A stretch of 64,000 nt of DNA from Camelus dromedarius (Eukaryota): positions 118,236,001 through 118,300,000 of the forward strand of contig NC_087437.1 of the NCBI RefSeq assembly GCF_036321535.1. The letters run 5' to 3'. The notes below the pieces were generated by a model. It was not told the DNA's origin. It saw nothing but the letters and a program-made list of their open reading frames with translations, and ran no database searches. Positions 51,030-64,000 of this stretch are shown piece by piece (position 1 is the stretch's first letter; each line of letters opens with the position of its first letter). The position numbers were made by a program, and so were the translations under genes.

Positions 51030-51550
51030 AGTATTAGCTTTAGAAGTGATTTTGAGAGTTTCAAGTGGCTATGTCCAGACAACTGAAACCCAGGTTAGAG
51101 CTGAAAACTGTAAGCAATGGGCATGTATTTTACTACCCAGGAAAAGAGTAGAGAATAAAAACATAAGAGAAACTGGGCTTGAGCATTAGGGAATTCTAAC
51201 ACTGAAAGGTCATACATGAGCTGGCCAAGCAGACTAGTCAGAGACCACAAAAATAAAAGAGAAAGCAGAAGAGTGATGCAAGTTGGAAGCAAAAGGAAGA
51301 AACCGTTTTAATGAGGAAGAAGTGGTCACCAGTGTTGGGTGTAAGGATGGAGAACTGTCCACTGAATATGGCACTGTGGAAGTCACTGGTGACCTTGGAG
51401 TAAACTGAGTGAAGGGAAAGGGCTGACTGGAGTTGACACATTAGGTGTTGAGTGAGCACAAGGTAAGAACACAGGGCTAGAGAGTGTAGACATGTCTTTA
51501 GAGAAATTTGACTCTGAAGAGTTAAAAAGGAAGAAAAGAGGATAGTAGAA
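51030..51550 (-). mobile_element. L2 fragment
   Basis: ggaagcaaaaggaagaaaccgttttaatgagga; gaagtcactggtgaccttgg. Confidence 0.7.
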
Positions 51551-53517
51551 AATGAGGTAGACAACAAAGAGCATATTTGCATTAAAATGCAGCCAAATAT
51601 ATTTGGTGATGTTCGAAACAACAGAAATGAAAATACCATTTCATTCCACAAAAGACTAGAGGATGAGTTAACTGGATTTGAACCCACATCTTTTTGACCT
51701 AAAGACCATGTTTGAGCAAGAGAATAGAAGCCCATGAGACTGAACATATGGCCATTAATCCAAATAACTGTAATACATGAAGACAGGGGTCTAGGGCAGG
51801 ACTGATTCACTGAATCTTTTGGCCACTTGCGATTTTCTAGTGGTCACATGGACACAGCTGAAATGCACTGCTGCAGCCAAGCAAGCACATAAATGCCCAA
51901 GAGGACACAGACTGCAAAGGCCCCAACAGCCATCTGTAGCCAGAATGCACCTGGACTGCACAGAGAAACAGCTTTATTTGTGCCACCAAACTAGGGTTTG
52001 AGTGTGCCAAGTGTCTAGTTCTACACATGGAGAACCAAACCATGCAGACTCTCCAGCTGTGCATGCTTCCAGTTACACCCTTCAGAACTCTTTAAAAAAA
52101 TTTTTCAGTGTTTAACTTCAAGCTAAGATGCTTCAAGCTGTACTAATGTTGTCAGTGATATCTTACGAACAACTGGAACGGGAGTCCCATCTATTAGTAA
52201 AGACCAACGTTAGAAGTGCTGAAATCTCTCCTGAAAAGACATGCTATGAAGAAAGAAATATTACTTTTTCTGTTACATCTAATAGAAATTTTAAAAGCTC
52301 ATACAAAGATATGCATTGATGTTGGTTATCTCCATTGCGTTGGTACTGAAGGCTGCAAAGCAACACTGACAAATAAATAGTTCACTGATGTTGAGAGATT
52401 TTAGTTAATCTTGGGGGAAGAGGTTATAATGGAAGCATAAGATGAGACACTGACCTGTAGATATGATTGACTTGGAACCACATCCTTGCAGTTGTACAGG
52501 CAGAAATAAAAACACTGGGACCATCCACCAGAGGCAATGAGGCAATTCAGTTAATAGGAGGGAGACCAGATAACTGAAATGTCCACACTTCACATACTGA
52601 CCTTCAATTATTTTATGGCCATGAAAAATACTGGGAAGGCCTACTGATCTCATATTAACCAAAAACAGCAATTCATAAGGCAATTGCGGTGTTTAACAAT
52701 AGGATGAAGATTTACAAGTTCAAAATGAACACAAATAAAAATAAGTTCTTGAGAGGATACATATCACATCTTCCAAACATGACTTAACCTGCTTCTGAAG
52801 GAGAATGCTCAAATACTACAGCAGGTAATGGAGGCAGGCAGTTAAAACTGACAATTTAGGGGCTGAGTGGAGAAAAAAGACCTACTGTCACCACCCTCAC
52901 CCTTCAGGTTGTTGCCATTTTGTTGATTTCTAGTTGTAAAAAAAAAAAAAAAGAAATCTTAAAGCAACCTCAGTCTAAACTGTGTTTGTACACCAGGAGA
53001 GGCCTATTGCCTAGCAATTTCCTCAGGACAAACAGGAATGGTCAGACCATCACAAGATAAGGTTATTTTCACCCTAAACAAAGCTCATTTGTTTCAACCA
53101 GCCGCCCCCACTCCTGGAGCCCACCACCTGGCTGACACAGATAACGCAGCAGAGGCAGGCTGCTCACCCACCGAGACACAGAAAGCCCTCGCGCATGTGA
53201 ACAAATGGAGGTCTCTTTATCTCCAGGATAAAGCTGGCACCAACCTTCGCTGGAAAACTTAAAAGACAAAATTTCCCAATGCTCATCAAATCTCTTCCAC
53301 TTAAGAAGCACCAATGTCTCTCAGGGAAGCTGCTATTATTTGTGTTTTACAAATGAAATCCTGAGAAAGCGGCAGTGATGGTAGTGTGACACACCAAGAT
53401 GCATTTCCTTTTTTCGAGGGATGTTCACGTGCAACACGACCATTTGATTTGATGTTAACAATAATTTCGTAATTGAAATAGACATAGGAAGCAGTATGAG
53501 CCAGGTTTTAGGAATTT

Positions 53518-53730
53518 GGGATAAAAATGCTGGTCCTGAGTCAGAAGACCTGGGTTCAACCTGACTACCCACCTTGAGTGACACTGGGCAAGTTCCTCAG
53601 CCTTTCTGTGATTCAGTTTGCTCATCTGTAAAGGGCAGAGAGCTGTAAAATGAAGGATTTCTATGAGAGTTAAATGTGACCATCACAGACGGGGGCTACA
53701 GTCCGCAGCATAACGCAAGTCCTCAACAGA
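53518..53730 (+). mobile_element. MIR SINE
   Basis: gagtcagaagacctgggttcaa...tgggcaagtt...tcagtttgctcatctgtaaag. Confidence 0.85.
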
Positions 53731-54300
53731 CCGCCAGCTATCCCTGCACCTGTCCTCGCAGTGCTCACCGCCGGTGAGGCGACCTGGTTGAGACCTCAAC
53801 AGATTCCAAAGTTAGAGACTCAACCAGAAATAGAAGCTGCAGCTCCTGACGTCCCAGTCTCTCACTTCTTCCAGTCTACCATGGAAACAACTTAAAAAAC
53901 AGCAAAAAGAACTTTTATTAAAGGGTGGGGCTCTCATGTTAAATGTGTATTTTAAATAAATGAAGGTCAAAATCCTACAAGAAGAGCAGTAGTGTGTTTT
54001 GAAACTTGAGTAAAGGTGAAAAAAATGACAGTGGTTTGTCCTTAGCCCTGCCCCTAAATTTGTGACAATGAATTTGAGATGTCAAGATGCGAGAAGCTTC
54101 TTCTGCCTCCCAAATTAAAAAAAAAAAAATTTTTTTAAGGGAGGGGTGTTGATCATCTGTATCAAGAGGTGCAGTGACAGAAGAGAACCTGGTCATCTCC
54201 TACATCAGAGACTCAGCATCCTCCTAGGAAACAAAGTCCTAGCCCAGCAGACAGCACTTTGTTATTCTGAAAGCCACACGGCGGGGGTTGTCTTCAGAAC

Positions 54301-54330
54301 ATGAATGAATGAATGAATGAATGAATGAAT
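54301..54330. repeat. (ATGA)n tetranucleotide microsatellite
   Basis: Read directly; about 7 perfect units. Confidence 0.95.
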
Positions 54331-57300
54331 ACTCGTATTCATTTTAATTTTTCAGATACTCAATATTTCTGAGGGCTCAAAGACACCAAAAATTATCCCA
54401 GAATAACAAGAATACATCCAGGAGAAGAAAATAAAAGACAAAGATCTATACATACTTTCCAGTACCACTTCTTTTTTGAACGTCTTCTCTACTACATCTT
54501 ATGCTGAACATTGGAGGTGAACTTCACAGCATTTAAAGTCACTACATTCACTTCTGCAATAGGTAAGGACTGAAATCTCGTAGGCCAAATAATGGGTTAT
54601 CTTTATTTAAAGATATGAAGTAAATTAGATTTTTTTTTTCCTGGTGCCAACAATTAGGAATACATACTTCCTGTTTCTAAGCAATTTCAGGTTTAATTAG
54701 GATTCTCTAAGCCCCATTTGTCTTAACAGTTTGACAGCTCTGGCTTCCCCTTCCACACCCACACTTTTCCTTTTTTACACTCTTCCCCATTTGTAGTATT
54801 TCATTCCGTATAAACGCCAGGAGGAAAGGGAAGCCAGCACAAATGCAAATCAGATCACTTCTTTCTTCTGTGAACATGCCACTTTCAAGGCACCTCTGAT
54901 AAAAGGTATTTTCCCTTGACTGACAATTATCTCTAGGCTAATTATTAAAGTGTCTTATTAAAATGTGCATGTTTGAGGGGCTTCCACGGGAGGTGCTGAT
55001 GAAACCTCCTAGAAGAAGAATATGACATCACAGGGAAGATGTGCAGGAGAGCACCCTGTTTGTCCGTTTAAATTAGTTTCATCATCCATAACAAGTGTTT
55101 AAAAAGCAGAAAAGCAAGCATGATGCATAATGCATTGTGTCATGATGCATAATAATTAGGACTGCTCCCCACCACCCTGTCTCCCAAGACTTAAAAATCT
55201 CTCCGAGTAAGCATTTTGTTCTAAAGGCTTTGACAAAAATGCCATTTAGGGACTTTCAAATTTACAACCAGGCAATTTGTCATCATTTATATGAGAGGGA
55301 AGAAGGTAAAAGGAATATAATGCCGCACAGTTCATCACTTCTCAAACCTCCTGGTGATGAAAGCTTCCAGGCCTCACACTGCAATAAAGCAGCAGCCTGT
55401 CCCTGCAGGACTACATGCATGCAGCCCCTCCCCATGCCATACACTGCTGTTTCTTTAAAAAACAAGAAAGCCATGTAACACATTCATTCCACACTCAAAC
55501 ATGGGCAGAACTGTTTGCTCTTGGAATAGCCAAAGTTAACTGAAGGTTTGGAAATAAATTCCCAACTTCACGTGTGCTTCTCCAATTCACGAAGACTAGG
55601 GTTGAGGGTGGCAAGGCATTCCAAACATTATTCTAAAGCATCACTTTTAGAAGACATGATAAAATCTAAGAGAACACTAAATTTATGTAACAACTAACAC
55701 ACAGGTGGACCAAAAAAGAAAACAGACTTTCTTTGGAATGAGACACTGTTACTTTAAGATGATCAATTATTTTATAAGAGCGAGCTTTTTCTGGATGTAG
55801 AATAAAATTGAGGTCTGAAGTACAAACGTTACATTCCCCGTTGAAGCAAGAAACAAAATTAGGATGCGATCGAATAAGCCGTACAGAGTCTATTCAACAC
55901 TGAACATCTAATGCATGTGGATTCTTTACCAGGGACCAGGGCTACGTGCCCAAGAAAACCTAAATGAGAAATAACACAGAGCAGAAAGATACTTAAAAGC
56001 TGATTATTAGGACTAGTTGGGAAGGGTTAATGTAAATGATTTAATGAGTGAACAACTAATGGGGTCCAAAAGGCAGACTCAAGTAACCAGAAAAATTCTC
56101 ATTCAGCTAGCTTAACGTTTTACCATAATTGAACACAGATCGCCTGGAGCCAGGGCTCTGCGGTGGGGGCTGTGTTAACTCCTCCCAAACAACACGGAAG
56201 TCCTTGTCACTAGACCATCTTCCTGGACTTTCACAAAGACCTCGGAGAAAAATGCAAGGACCAAACAAGGTAATAACCGTGTCCATGTTTCCAATGCAGA
56301 CTTACCTAGCATTCGTTAAGCCAAGAATTTAAAAAACACAGAGCTGATGCCATGTAATCACCAATTCTCACAAACTTCCAGCAGAATGAACCCACTGCAT
56401 TTGGCCAAGGAGACCGTCCTGGGCCGAGCTGTCAGGAGAGATCACACGAGATCACATGTGTGCGCTGATCCGCTTTGACCTACATGTTTCTCTCTGATTT
56501 CTTCTACTCCCCTCCCCATTCACGCATCCAGCATGGTAGAAACTGTCTGGAGCCTGGAGGCAGGTCAGCTTGGTTTGAAGCCTAGCTCTGGCCAAATCCT
56601 ATTGCGTCTTCTGAAAGAGGTCAATTTGTATCTTTGATCCTCCTTTCACACAATGGTTTGACAGGTGATTGTCAAGTCTTTTCATTGCTAACTGCCTTAA
56701 TCCTCCCAAACTAAGGGTGTCCTTGTCGGGATTAGGTGGGAAGGTGAAAATTTGTGGAGGAAGATAGTGTGTGTTGGGACAGATAAATGAAGGCCCCCTG
56801 CATGTGACCAGAAATGTACAAAGGACCTGGATTAAAGACTAAAGTCATCATATATATTGAGGGGGAAAAAAAAAAAACTGTATCTTAAAGCACAGAACCA
56901 TGAGCAAAGATAAAGAAAGTGGGGTCTTTGGGTGAGGGGCACAGCCAAGTCTACCCAGGGTTTGCCAACTTAAACATTGGTGACCTCAGAGGTTTGAGTG
57001 TGGGAACCAGCATTAATCTCCTGATTAGGCAATAACTTCTTAGAGCACAGTACTAGACTGCATTTTATTATGCCTTTAACTTCGTGAATCGCTTCAAAAT
57101 CTACTGTCAATAATCTCATATGGCAAGTATCTTCAGCCCAACGTGGCAAATATGTTTACTTGATGATTTCTTGAATCATCTTCACTGTTTTGATTTTGTA
57201 AAGTTGCCATTTTTTTATTACTTTTTACATCCTCAGTCAGGACATTTTTAGTGTTATCCTTTTCTCTCTCTTGCATGATTACTATGCAGCCCAAACATTT

Positions 57301-59111
57301 ATCTTCTCACACCACTGGTCATTACAGCAGTAGCCTAGCGAAATTTTCACCTTCAAGTCTTCCATGTTTCAATCGTTCCTTCATGCCACTTCCAGAATAT
57401 CTTTCCAAAAACACCATTCAACAAGTCACCACAGTAGAACTTTAAAAAAATAGAATCATTTTTTTTTATAAAGGGAAAATATGGAGTAAGGAATGTTAAG
57501 TCTCTCTTTAGGAGATGAGTCCACTTTAATCAAGGGAAAACTGCAGCAGACCACTTGGACACTCAGATGTGCTGACAGGGAAGCTAAACGACATCATGTA
57601 ATTACAAGTCAGAGAACTAAAATATAAATCTGATTTACTCACTAAAAGGGCTACCATGAAGGTCTCAAGTAACACTAAATTTGACTAGGTTATAACTTTG
57701 ATTAATAATTAAAGATCATTTTTCCCCAAACACTGCCCATGTAGGTTGATAAGGATTCTCTTAAAGTCAAATCATCTTAGCTCAGATTTTGCCTTTACTC
57801 ATTCCATCAGCAGTGTGAGCCTCTACGTGTATACATCAAGGTCTGCAAAGCAAAGTTGAGATAATTATGGAAATCTTAAAACGTGGCTGGTGTTAGAATA
57901 CTGAGAGGTCATAAATTTTACCTTTTGTAAATCTCTTCATTTCATTCCTTTGTAACTGACAGGGAACACACTGTCATCTTTTCCTGACTGGAACTAAAAC
58001 TCTTCACTTTACACATTGTAAAAACTCAGAGCCAATCCCAGGGTCTGAAGTAGCAGCAATGGCGCTGCCCGGGACCACAGCTGTTTGCCACAAGCGTGAA
58101 TCCTGTCCAAGCACTTCTGACCGTTTCTAAATGCCTCACCATAACATGAAACTGAACTTTCCCCACCCAGCCTTGCTCTGAAAGTCTCTGAAAGTTCTTC
58201 CTGCAGCCTGAAGTTTGCTCCTACACACACGTCATTGCTGTCAATACCCAGCCTATTTCTCAAACTGCTGTCCAGCACTGGTCCCTGCCCTGTAGGAGTC
58301 TGCTGAAGCCACTCCTCTTTCAGGAAAACTTCCTTGGCTTCAGCTAACAAAGCATGCTCTTCTATTTTTAAGTTAAATGTCTTTTCTGAACCATCAGCAA
58401 CTCACTTTTTAACTTAACTAAATTAGATTACCCAGTTTATCTCCTTATTTTATTAGCTTATAATACCTCAATTTTGAAAAGATTTTGTTTCCTTCTAATT
58501 GTGTATGTCATGATTTCCCAAGTAAATGGCCAATGCCAGACAGAAGAACAGAAATCTTCTTTATACTTTTCTTCTCTTATTTCATATTCCCAAAAGGCAT
58601 AAAAATAAGCATAGTATATATTTTCAGGTTAATTATGAAACACTCTCCTTCTAAGAAAGCCCACTGGTGAGTTTATGTTGGTTTTATGATCAGTCCTCAG
58701 TAACATCAGTAACATTCTGTCACTAATGATCAGCCACTGTGGATACTGCCACTCAGTCATAATCTGTATCATGCAGATACAGATTGTGACAATTACAACC
58801 CTCTACTCCTTACGCCTCATCTCAATTTTCAGTTTTGAAAACACAGCTCGATCAGTAAATACAAAAGCAAAAGAGGCTTTAATAAACGTATTACAAGAAA
58901 TAATGTTTAATGTAAGAACAGATCAAGTGTGTGCATGAACCAGTGCAGTTAGTGAGGAGAGAAAGAAATAAAGAAAAGAAAATGAAAAAAGAGCTAAATC
59001 ACAAAATAAACCCTGTTAGTTGCATACAGACACAAAATGAGACTGAGAACATGAACTGAGTTGTAAAGTATTTTGAGGTTGAAGTTACACTAAGTTGAAT
59101 TCTAAATTCAC

Positions 59112-59159
59112 TTTTTTTTCTTTTTTTCTTCTTTTTTTATTGCAGTATAGGCAGTTACA
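59112..59159 (-). mobile_element. Ultra-short L1 3' tip with poly(A)
   Basis: T-run then ttattgcagtataggcagttaca, near-identical to ttattgtagtatagccagttaca at the 3' tip of the 49925 copy. Confidence 0.6.
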
Positions 59160-60229
59160 TTTTTCAACTCTATCATAGGTTTCTATGTAGCAAGTATATA
59201 AACAAGAGAAAACGGATGTTCAGGTGATGACATTTTAAAACTGGTGCGTCCTAAGGTTAATTTAGTTACACTGCCTGACAAAAATTACAAATCTTCATTG
59301 CAGTGGTCACCCCTTCCTTTTCTGGTGACTACAGAACTCAAACAGGTTCACACTAAAGGAAACTAAAGTTGAGCTCAGTTAGCTATAAAATAATATATGG
59401 TGATTGTTACAGTGGAGCCTTAGCCCAAACTCGCCGTCAATTTTAAATTTTTGTTTGCTTTACTTTCAAGAGAGACATGAAAACTAGAAGAAAGTACAAC
59501 TGTTGGTTCTTTGTTGATTTAAGCTGATCAGTTCATCTTTCGGGGCATGCCCTCTGATTGTGGTCCAGTTTTCAGCATCTCTTGGGTCATGCTGTGATAA
59601 AGCAGCTGCAGAATGGCTCCCATCAGGTGCTATAAAATACCCCCATCAGTGAACCCACTATGGTACACAGTCTGCAGATAGGCACGTTTCATAAGGTCTT
59701 AAGAAAAAAGCACTGAAGTGAAGCAGTACGGACAGCAATTAAGTATATAACTTATTTATGACTTCAGTTTTCTAGGAAGCTCACGTAGTAAGATGCTCCC
59801 ATAGGGATAAACCAGACCTAACCTTACTTGCTGTCAAGCTGGGGCTACCATCCAACTCCCTCTGACCCCTCCTCCCCACTCTTCTGGTACCCAGTCAACC
59901 ACCACCATCCTGGTGGCAGAGCGTCTCCTTCCTGCACCCCCTGGAATAGCCTCTGTGTGGTCACACGTCCACTGAGTCTCTACTCTGCACACTCTCCTAT
60001 GCACCACAGCCCAAACACGACACACTCACATGACACTGAGATTATGATCTTAACACATAAATCTTACATTCAATTAATCTGAATTTGAATTCAGATGCCT
60101 CCATACTCTGCTTCCTCCCACATTTGTAGTGTCTCTTCCACTATGACGTGCACAGAAACTTAGTGGAGCTGCTACACGCCTCCCCTCCACATCCTGGCTT
60201 CTCACCTTTACTCTGGCCAATCTCTCTGC

Positions 60230-60662
60230 TGCCCACCTTGTCCAGTTAAACACATACACAGCCCTAAAGTTCAGTTTTGAAACTTCCTTCTCCTTGAAGC
60301 CCTTTATGGACAATCAGAAGTTGTTTCTGTTTCCATAAACACTACAGAACTTTCTCTGTAAGTCCAACATGGTAATCATGATCATGTCCAGCCTTTTTAT
60401 AGTTGGAGTTTGTCCTCTCTTCCTTGGGACTTTGCTATGACCTACAAAACAGGGAATGGCCTGATTTCTTGCACAGTCCTCAGCATAATGATTTTCCATC
60501 ATTTATTCATTCAACAAATGTTTAAAGAGCAACCTATCTGCCAGGCCCTGTTCTAGGATATGGAGATACTGTGATAGACAGCACAAAATCCCTGATGTCT
60601 AGGAGCTTACAGCTTAGTGCGCATAACAGGTGCTCAGTAAGCATTTGCTAGAAAATTGTTGA
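60230..60662. mobile_element. L2 3' fragments in both orientations
   Basis: Minus piece ttattcattcaacaaatgttt...ccaggccctgttctagg lies inside a plus piece ending taacaggtgctcagtaagcatttgc. Confidence 0.65.
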
Positions 60663-60743
60663 ACCAAATATACTTGTATTTACCAAAATGCACATAATAG
60701 TTCCATAATTATATAGCTATTCAATTCTTTTAAACCAAGGTAT

Positions 60744-61027
60744 CTTTTTAAATTTTTTATTAATTCATAATCATTTTACAATGTTGTGTCAAATTCCAGC
60801 GTAGAGCACAATTTTTCAGTCATACATAAACATATATATATTCATTGAGACTTTTTTTTCTCTGTGAGCTACCATAAGATCTTGTGTATATTTCCCTGTG
60901 CTAAATACAAAACAGAAATAGATTCATAAATATAGAATACAAACTTGTGGTTGCCAAGGGGGTGGAGGGTGGGAAGGGATAGACGGGATTTCAAAATTGT
61001 AGAATAGATAAACAAGATTATACTGTA
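60744..61027 (-). mobile_element. Complete twin-primed mini-L1 (3' UTR only): antisense 60744-60903, inverted 60904-61027
   Basis: Perfect 13-bp TSD taaaccaaggtat (60731-60743 / 61028-61040); the two segments are contiguous in L1 (...tactgta|tagcacaggg...). Confidence 0.95.
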
Positions 61028-61269
61028 TAAACCAAGGTATTTTTATTGTTATGCCTCTAGGAATAGGTCAGAGTTGAAAATTCTTGGGCATAATGCTTGC
61101 TGACCTTTCAATCAATATGCATGTCTACATCTTCCACATGAAGAAAACTTGGCAAAGAGAGAGGGCCTGTCACTCCATCAGGAGGAAGAAAGCAAAATGG
61201 AATTAAAGAGAGAGCAATGACTTCAGGCCCATAAGAGTCATATCCCTCTAAATAGCACTCATCACTTTA

Positions 61270-62540
61270 TCATTTATTCAATAAATATTTACTGGGCACC
61301 TAAAGTCTTCAGTAACTCTTCTAGGTGCCCGTGATGCAGAGGTGAGTACAGGAGACAAGATGATAATCAAGCAAATAACCATATTATTCCAACACTCATA
61401 GCTGCTACGAAGAAACAAAGCACAGCAAGGAGAAACAGTATTATCAAGGAGGTCACTTTATGTTAGATCAAGTGGGAGATGATATTTAGGCAGAGAATGC
61501 AGTGAAAAACCACAGCACAATAAGGCCCAGGGCAGAGCATTCCAGAAAGAAAAAGTAGGGAGTGAAAACTGCTGACCCAGGAACAAGCTGAGAATGCTGG
61601 AGGCCTGTGTGGCAGAAGTGGAGGGTGTGTGGTGTGGCCAGCCAGAGCCAGATCACCAAGGGCCTTTTAGGGTACAGTGAGAAAGGCTGGGTTAATATTA
61701 GGAATGAGGGAATGCCCTACAGGCTCTGAGCAGAGGAATGACACGGCCTGATTTACAATTTAAAGAGGTCCCTCTGGCTACTGGGTAGAACTCCAACTGC
61801 AAAAGTAGAAGCAAAGAAGCCAGCTGGCAAGTGGTTGCAGAGACCAGCCCAGGCAAGTGAGGAGACAAGCCTGAATTGAAGTAGCGCTGGATGAAGTGGT
61901 CATATTCTGAGAGCAGAGTCAACAGGATGTGCTGGAGGTTGGAATACAAGATGTGAAGGAAACAGAGCAATCAAGGATGACTCCAGAGCAGAGGATCTCT
62001 AGTGATGCGTGACTTGGATGACAAAATCATGAGATAGGAGCAGGTTTGGGGAGAAAGATCCAAGAGCTCTGTTTCAGACAGGTTAAAGTCTGACAGGCCT
62101 GGAAGATTTCTAAGTGGGGGTGTTGAGTATGCAGTTGGATTTGAGGGCCTGAATTTGAGCTCAGAGGGGCAGTTGTGGATAAAGATATGAATGTGGACGT
62201 CATTAGCATATAGATGGTATTTAATGCCTCAGCCGAGATTAAATCCTACAGAGAGTAAGCGTAGACAGGAAAGCAAGGTAGGGGAGTGGGTGGTGAAAAG
62301 GGGAAGAAAAGTCAGGAGAAGAGGGCTGAGAACAGAGCCCTCGGGTACTGCATCATTTAGCACGTGACTAGAAAGGAGACATCAGGAAAGGCAACCAGGA
62401 GAAACCAGGGGAACCAGCGAGGCAGAAGGGAGATCTAAAGAGAGTGCTATCCAGGACCCAAGTAAAGGTGCTTCAAGGACAGAGTGATGTGCTCTGTCAA
62501 AAGCTGCTGAGAAGGTGAACAAGGTGAAGGCTAGAAACAC
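61270..62540 (-). mobile_element. Long L2a remnant
   Basis: catttattcaataaatatttactgggcacct tail; gagcagaggaatgacacggcctgatttaca; caatcaaggatgactccag; gtcattagcatatagatggtatttaa. Confidence 0.88.
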
Positions 62541-64000
62541 GATTCCAAGGAACTTGGGAAGAGGACACTAATCGTACTGTATTTAAGAGGGACTGGGGGA
62601 TGAAGGCGTAAAGTGGACTCAGACAGCCCTGGTCAAAGTGTGCACAGACCCGCTGCTTGTTTCCTGTTTGCAATCAGACAAATATGGAAATTGAGGTGTC
62701 GCTGCACCCTACAAGGGTGTGCTCTGTGCCCTTGGGTCTCGGTGAGTGGGGGACAGACAGCTTCGCTCACTGCTCAGCTCCCGTGCTGGGCAGCTCATGG
62801 AACAACCTGTGTCCCAGGCATGGACTGTAGGATTTCACATCCATCTGCAACAGATCAGAAATTGAGAAACAAATCCCTCACCTCTGTTAATCTGAGAAAC
62901 ATGAGCATATGCAACTCTTTTCAGTGGTTTTGCCACAAGAGTGTAAGACATGAGGAATGTGACGAGAACGGTGACAAGAGGGGTGCCTGTTAGCGTGTTT
63001 CACATGTTAGCATGTTACATGAGAGATGGCCTGGTGTTGGCATGCTACCCAGAAGAGAGGAAAACTGGGAGATTCTTGAGGGTGAGATCATAAATGTGAG
63101 GGCAGAGTCCTTCAGTGGATGGGAGAAGAAGGGATTCTGGACATGGGCAGAGGTCCCAGCCTTCCAGGGAGATAGGCCAGTGCTTCCATTGTCAGGGGAG
63201 GGAAGGCAGTGTAGACAGGTATTTTGGTGTAGCATCTGAAATTAAGGTTCAATATTAAGTGTTGTCTCGACATTTGGCAAAATGGAAAAGACCTCAAACG
63301 GCTTAACCACACACTCTCCTCTCTCCTTCTGCTCCCACAGACACAGTCTCGCTAAATGACCCTCCTTATCAAGGGACCAGGCATGGTGTCTGCTTATTCC
63401 TAAGCAGCAGGTGTTAGTTCCCTGCCAACCAGCCCAACTACTCAAACAAGCCAATCACATCCTCCTGAAGGAACCAGAAGGCACCTCACCCTCATGATAA
63501 CTGCAAAGCCTCCTCCCACAGCCCCTGGATGTTCAGTCTGTTCCCAAGTGCAACCCCCACGTGGCCCTGCAAGGCTGGATGTCCTCCTCACCTGGGCTGT
63601 GAGTATACATGACAAAAATACTGCCATTGACCTCACCACCTGCCCAGGCCAGGAGTCGGTGATCAGTCATCCCCACAACTGAATCCCTCCCTCACCCCTG
63701 GGGTAAAAGGGAGCAATCAAAACAGGTATACACACATGCAAACGGATAACTCAGTGTGGGGGAGGGGAAGAGATATCACTTGGGTCTGCTGATTTCTTGG
63801 TAAGAGAAACAAGGTCAAATGAGAGCCTGGAAAGGGAAGGGGAGTTTGAGGTTTTCAGATAAGGAGGAACGAGAAGATGCGAAATAGTTTTCTCACAGGA
63901 GCAGGAAGCAACAGGGCAGTCAAGGGGGGCTGAGGGCAGAGCTAAGGGCTCACTTGAGGTCTGTGGTCACAACTTAAAATGAGACCAGTCAGAAGGGCAG

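Noticed and set aside
51238..51810. 190-aa minus-strand ORF
   Set aside because: Largely overlaps a decayed L2; not an independent gene.
53690..53790. Small CpG cluster with short palindrome ctcacc-gcc-ggtgag
   Set aside because: Far too short for a CpG island, partly within a MIR; a 6-bp stem is unremarkable.
1..64000. CRISPR arrays, operons or prokaryotic defence systems
   Set aside because: Sequence is clearly mammalian; no regularly spaced direct repeats or compact gene clusters.

Overview
Mammalian nuclear DNA: CpG-depleted, no CpG island, dense in interspersed repeats. A tRNA-Ala-derived Vic-1-type SINE and the style of the young L1 3' UTRs point to a camelid (alpaca, llama or camel). 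The window reads as intronic or intergenic. I could not identify any protein-coding gene, functional RNA gene or processed pseudogene. The ORF track is almost entirely chance ORFs and decayed L1 ORF1/ORF2 pieces, and I list a few splice-signal-bounded exon candidates at low confidence only. Recognisable content is L1 fragments of several ages, L2, MIR, about 12 MaLR (MLT1) LTRs, ERVL and ERV1 solo LTRs, and hAT MITEs (MER3, MER5A). The most interesting structure concerns L1 history. A twin-primed, TSD-flanked L1 at 23.0-24.5 kb has its inversion junction reproduced exactly in a tail-less L1 fragment 21.6 kb away. A second complete twin-primed mini-L1 lies at 60.7-61.0 kb. Three independent L1 insertions have 5' limits within about 50 nt of the same ORF2 position. 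Repeat family names are from my recall of consensus sequences, not from a search, and boundaries without TSDs are approximate. I cannot establish a novel biological system from this sequence alone.
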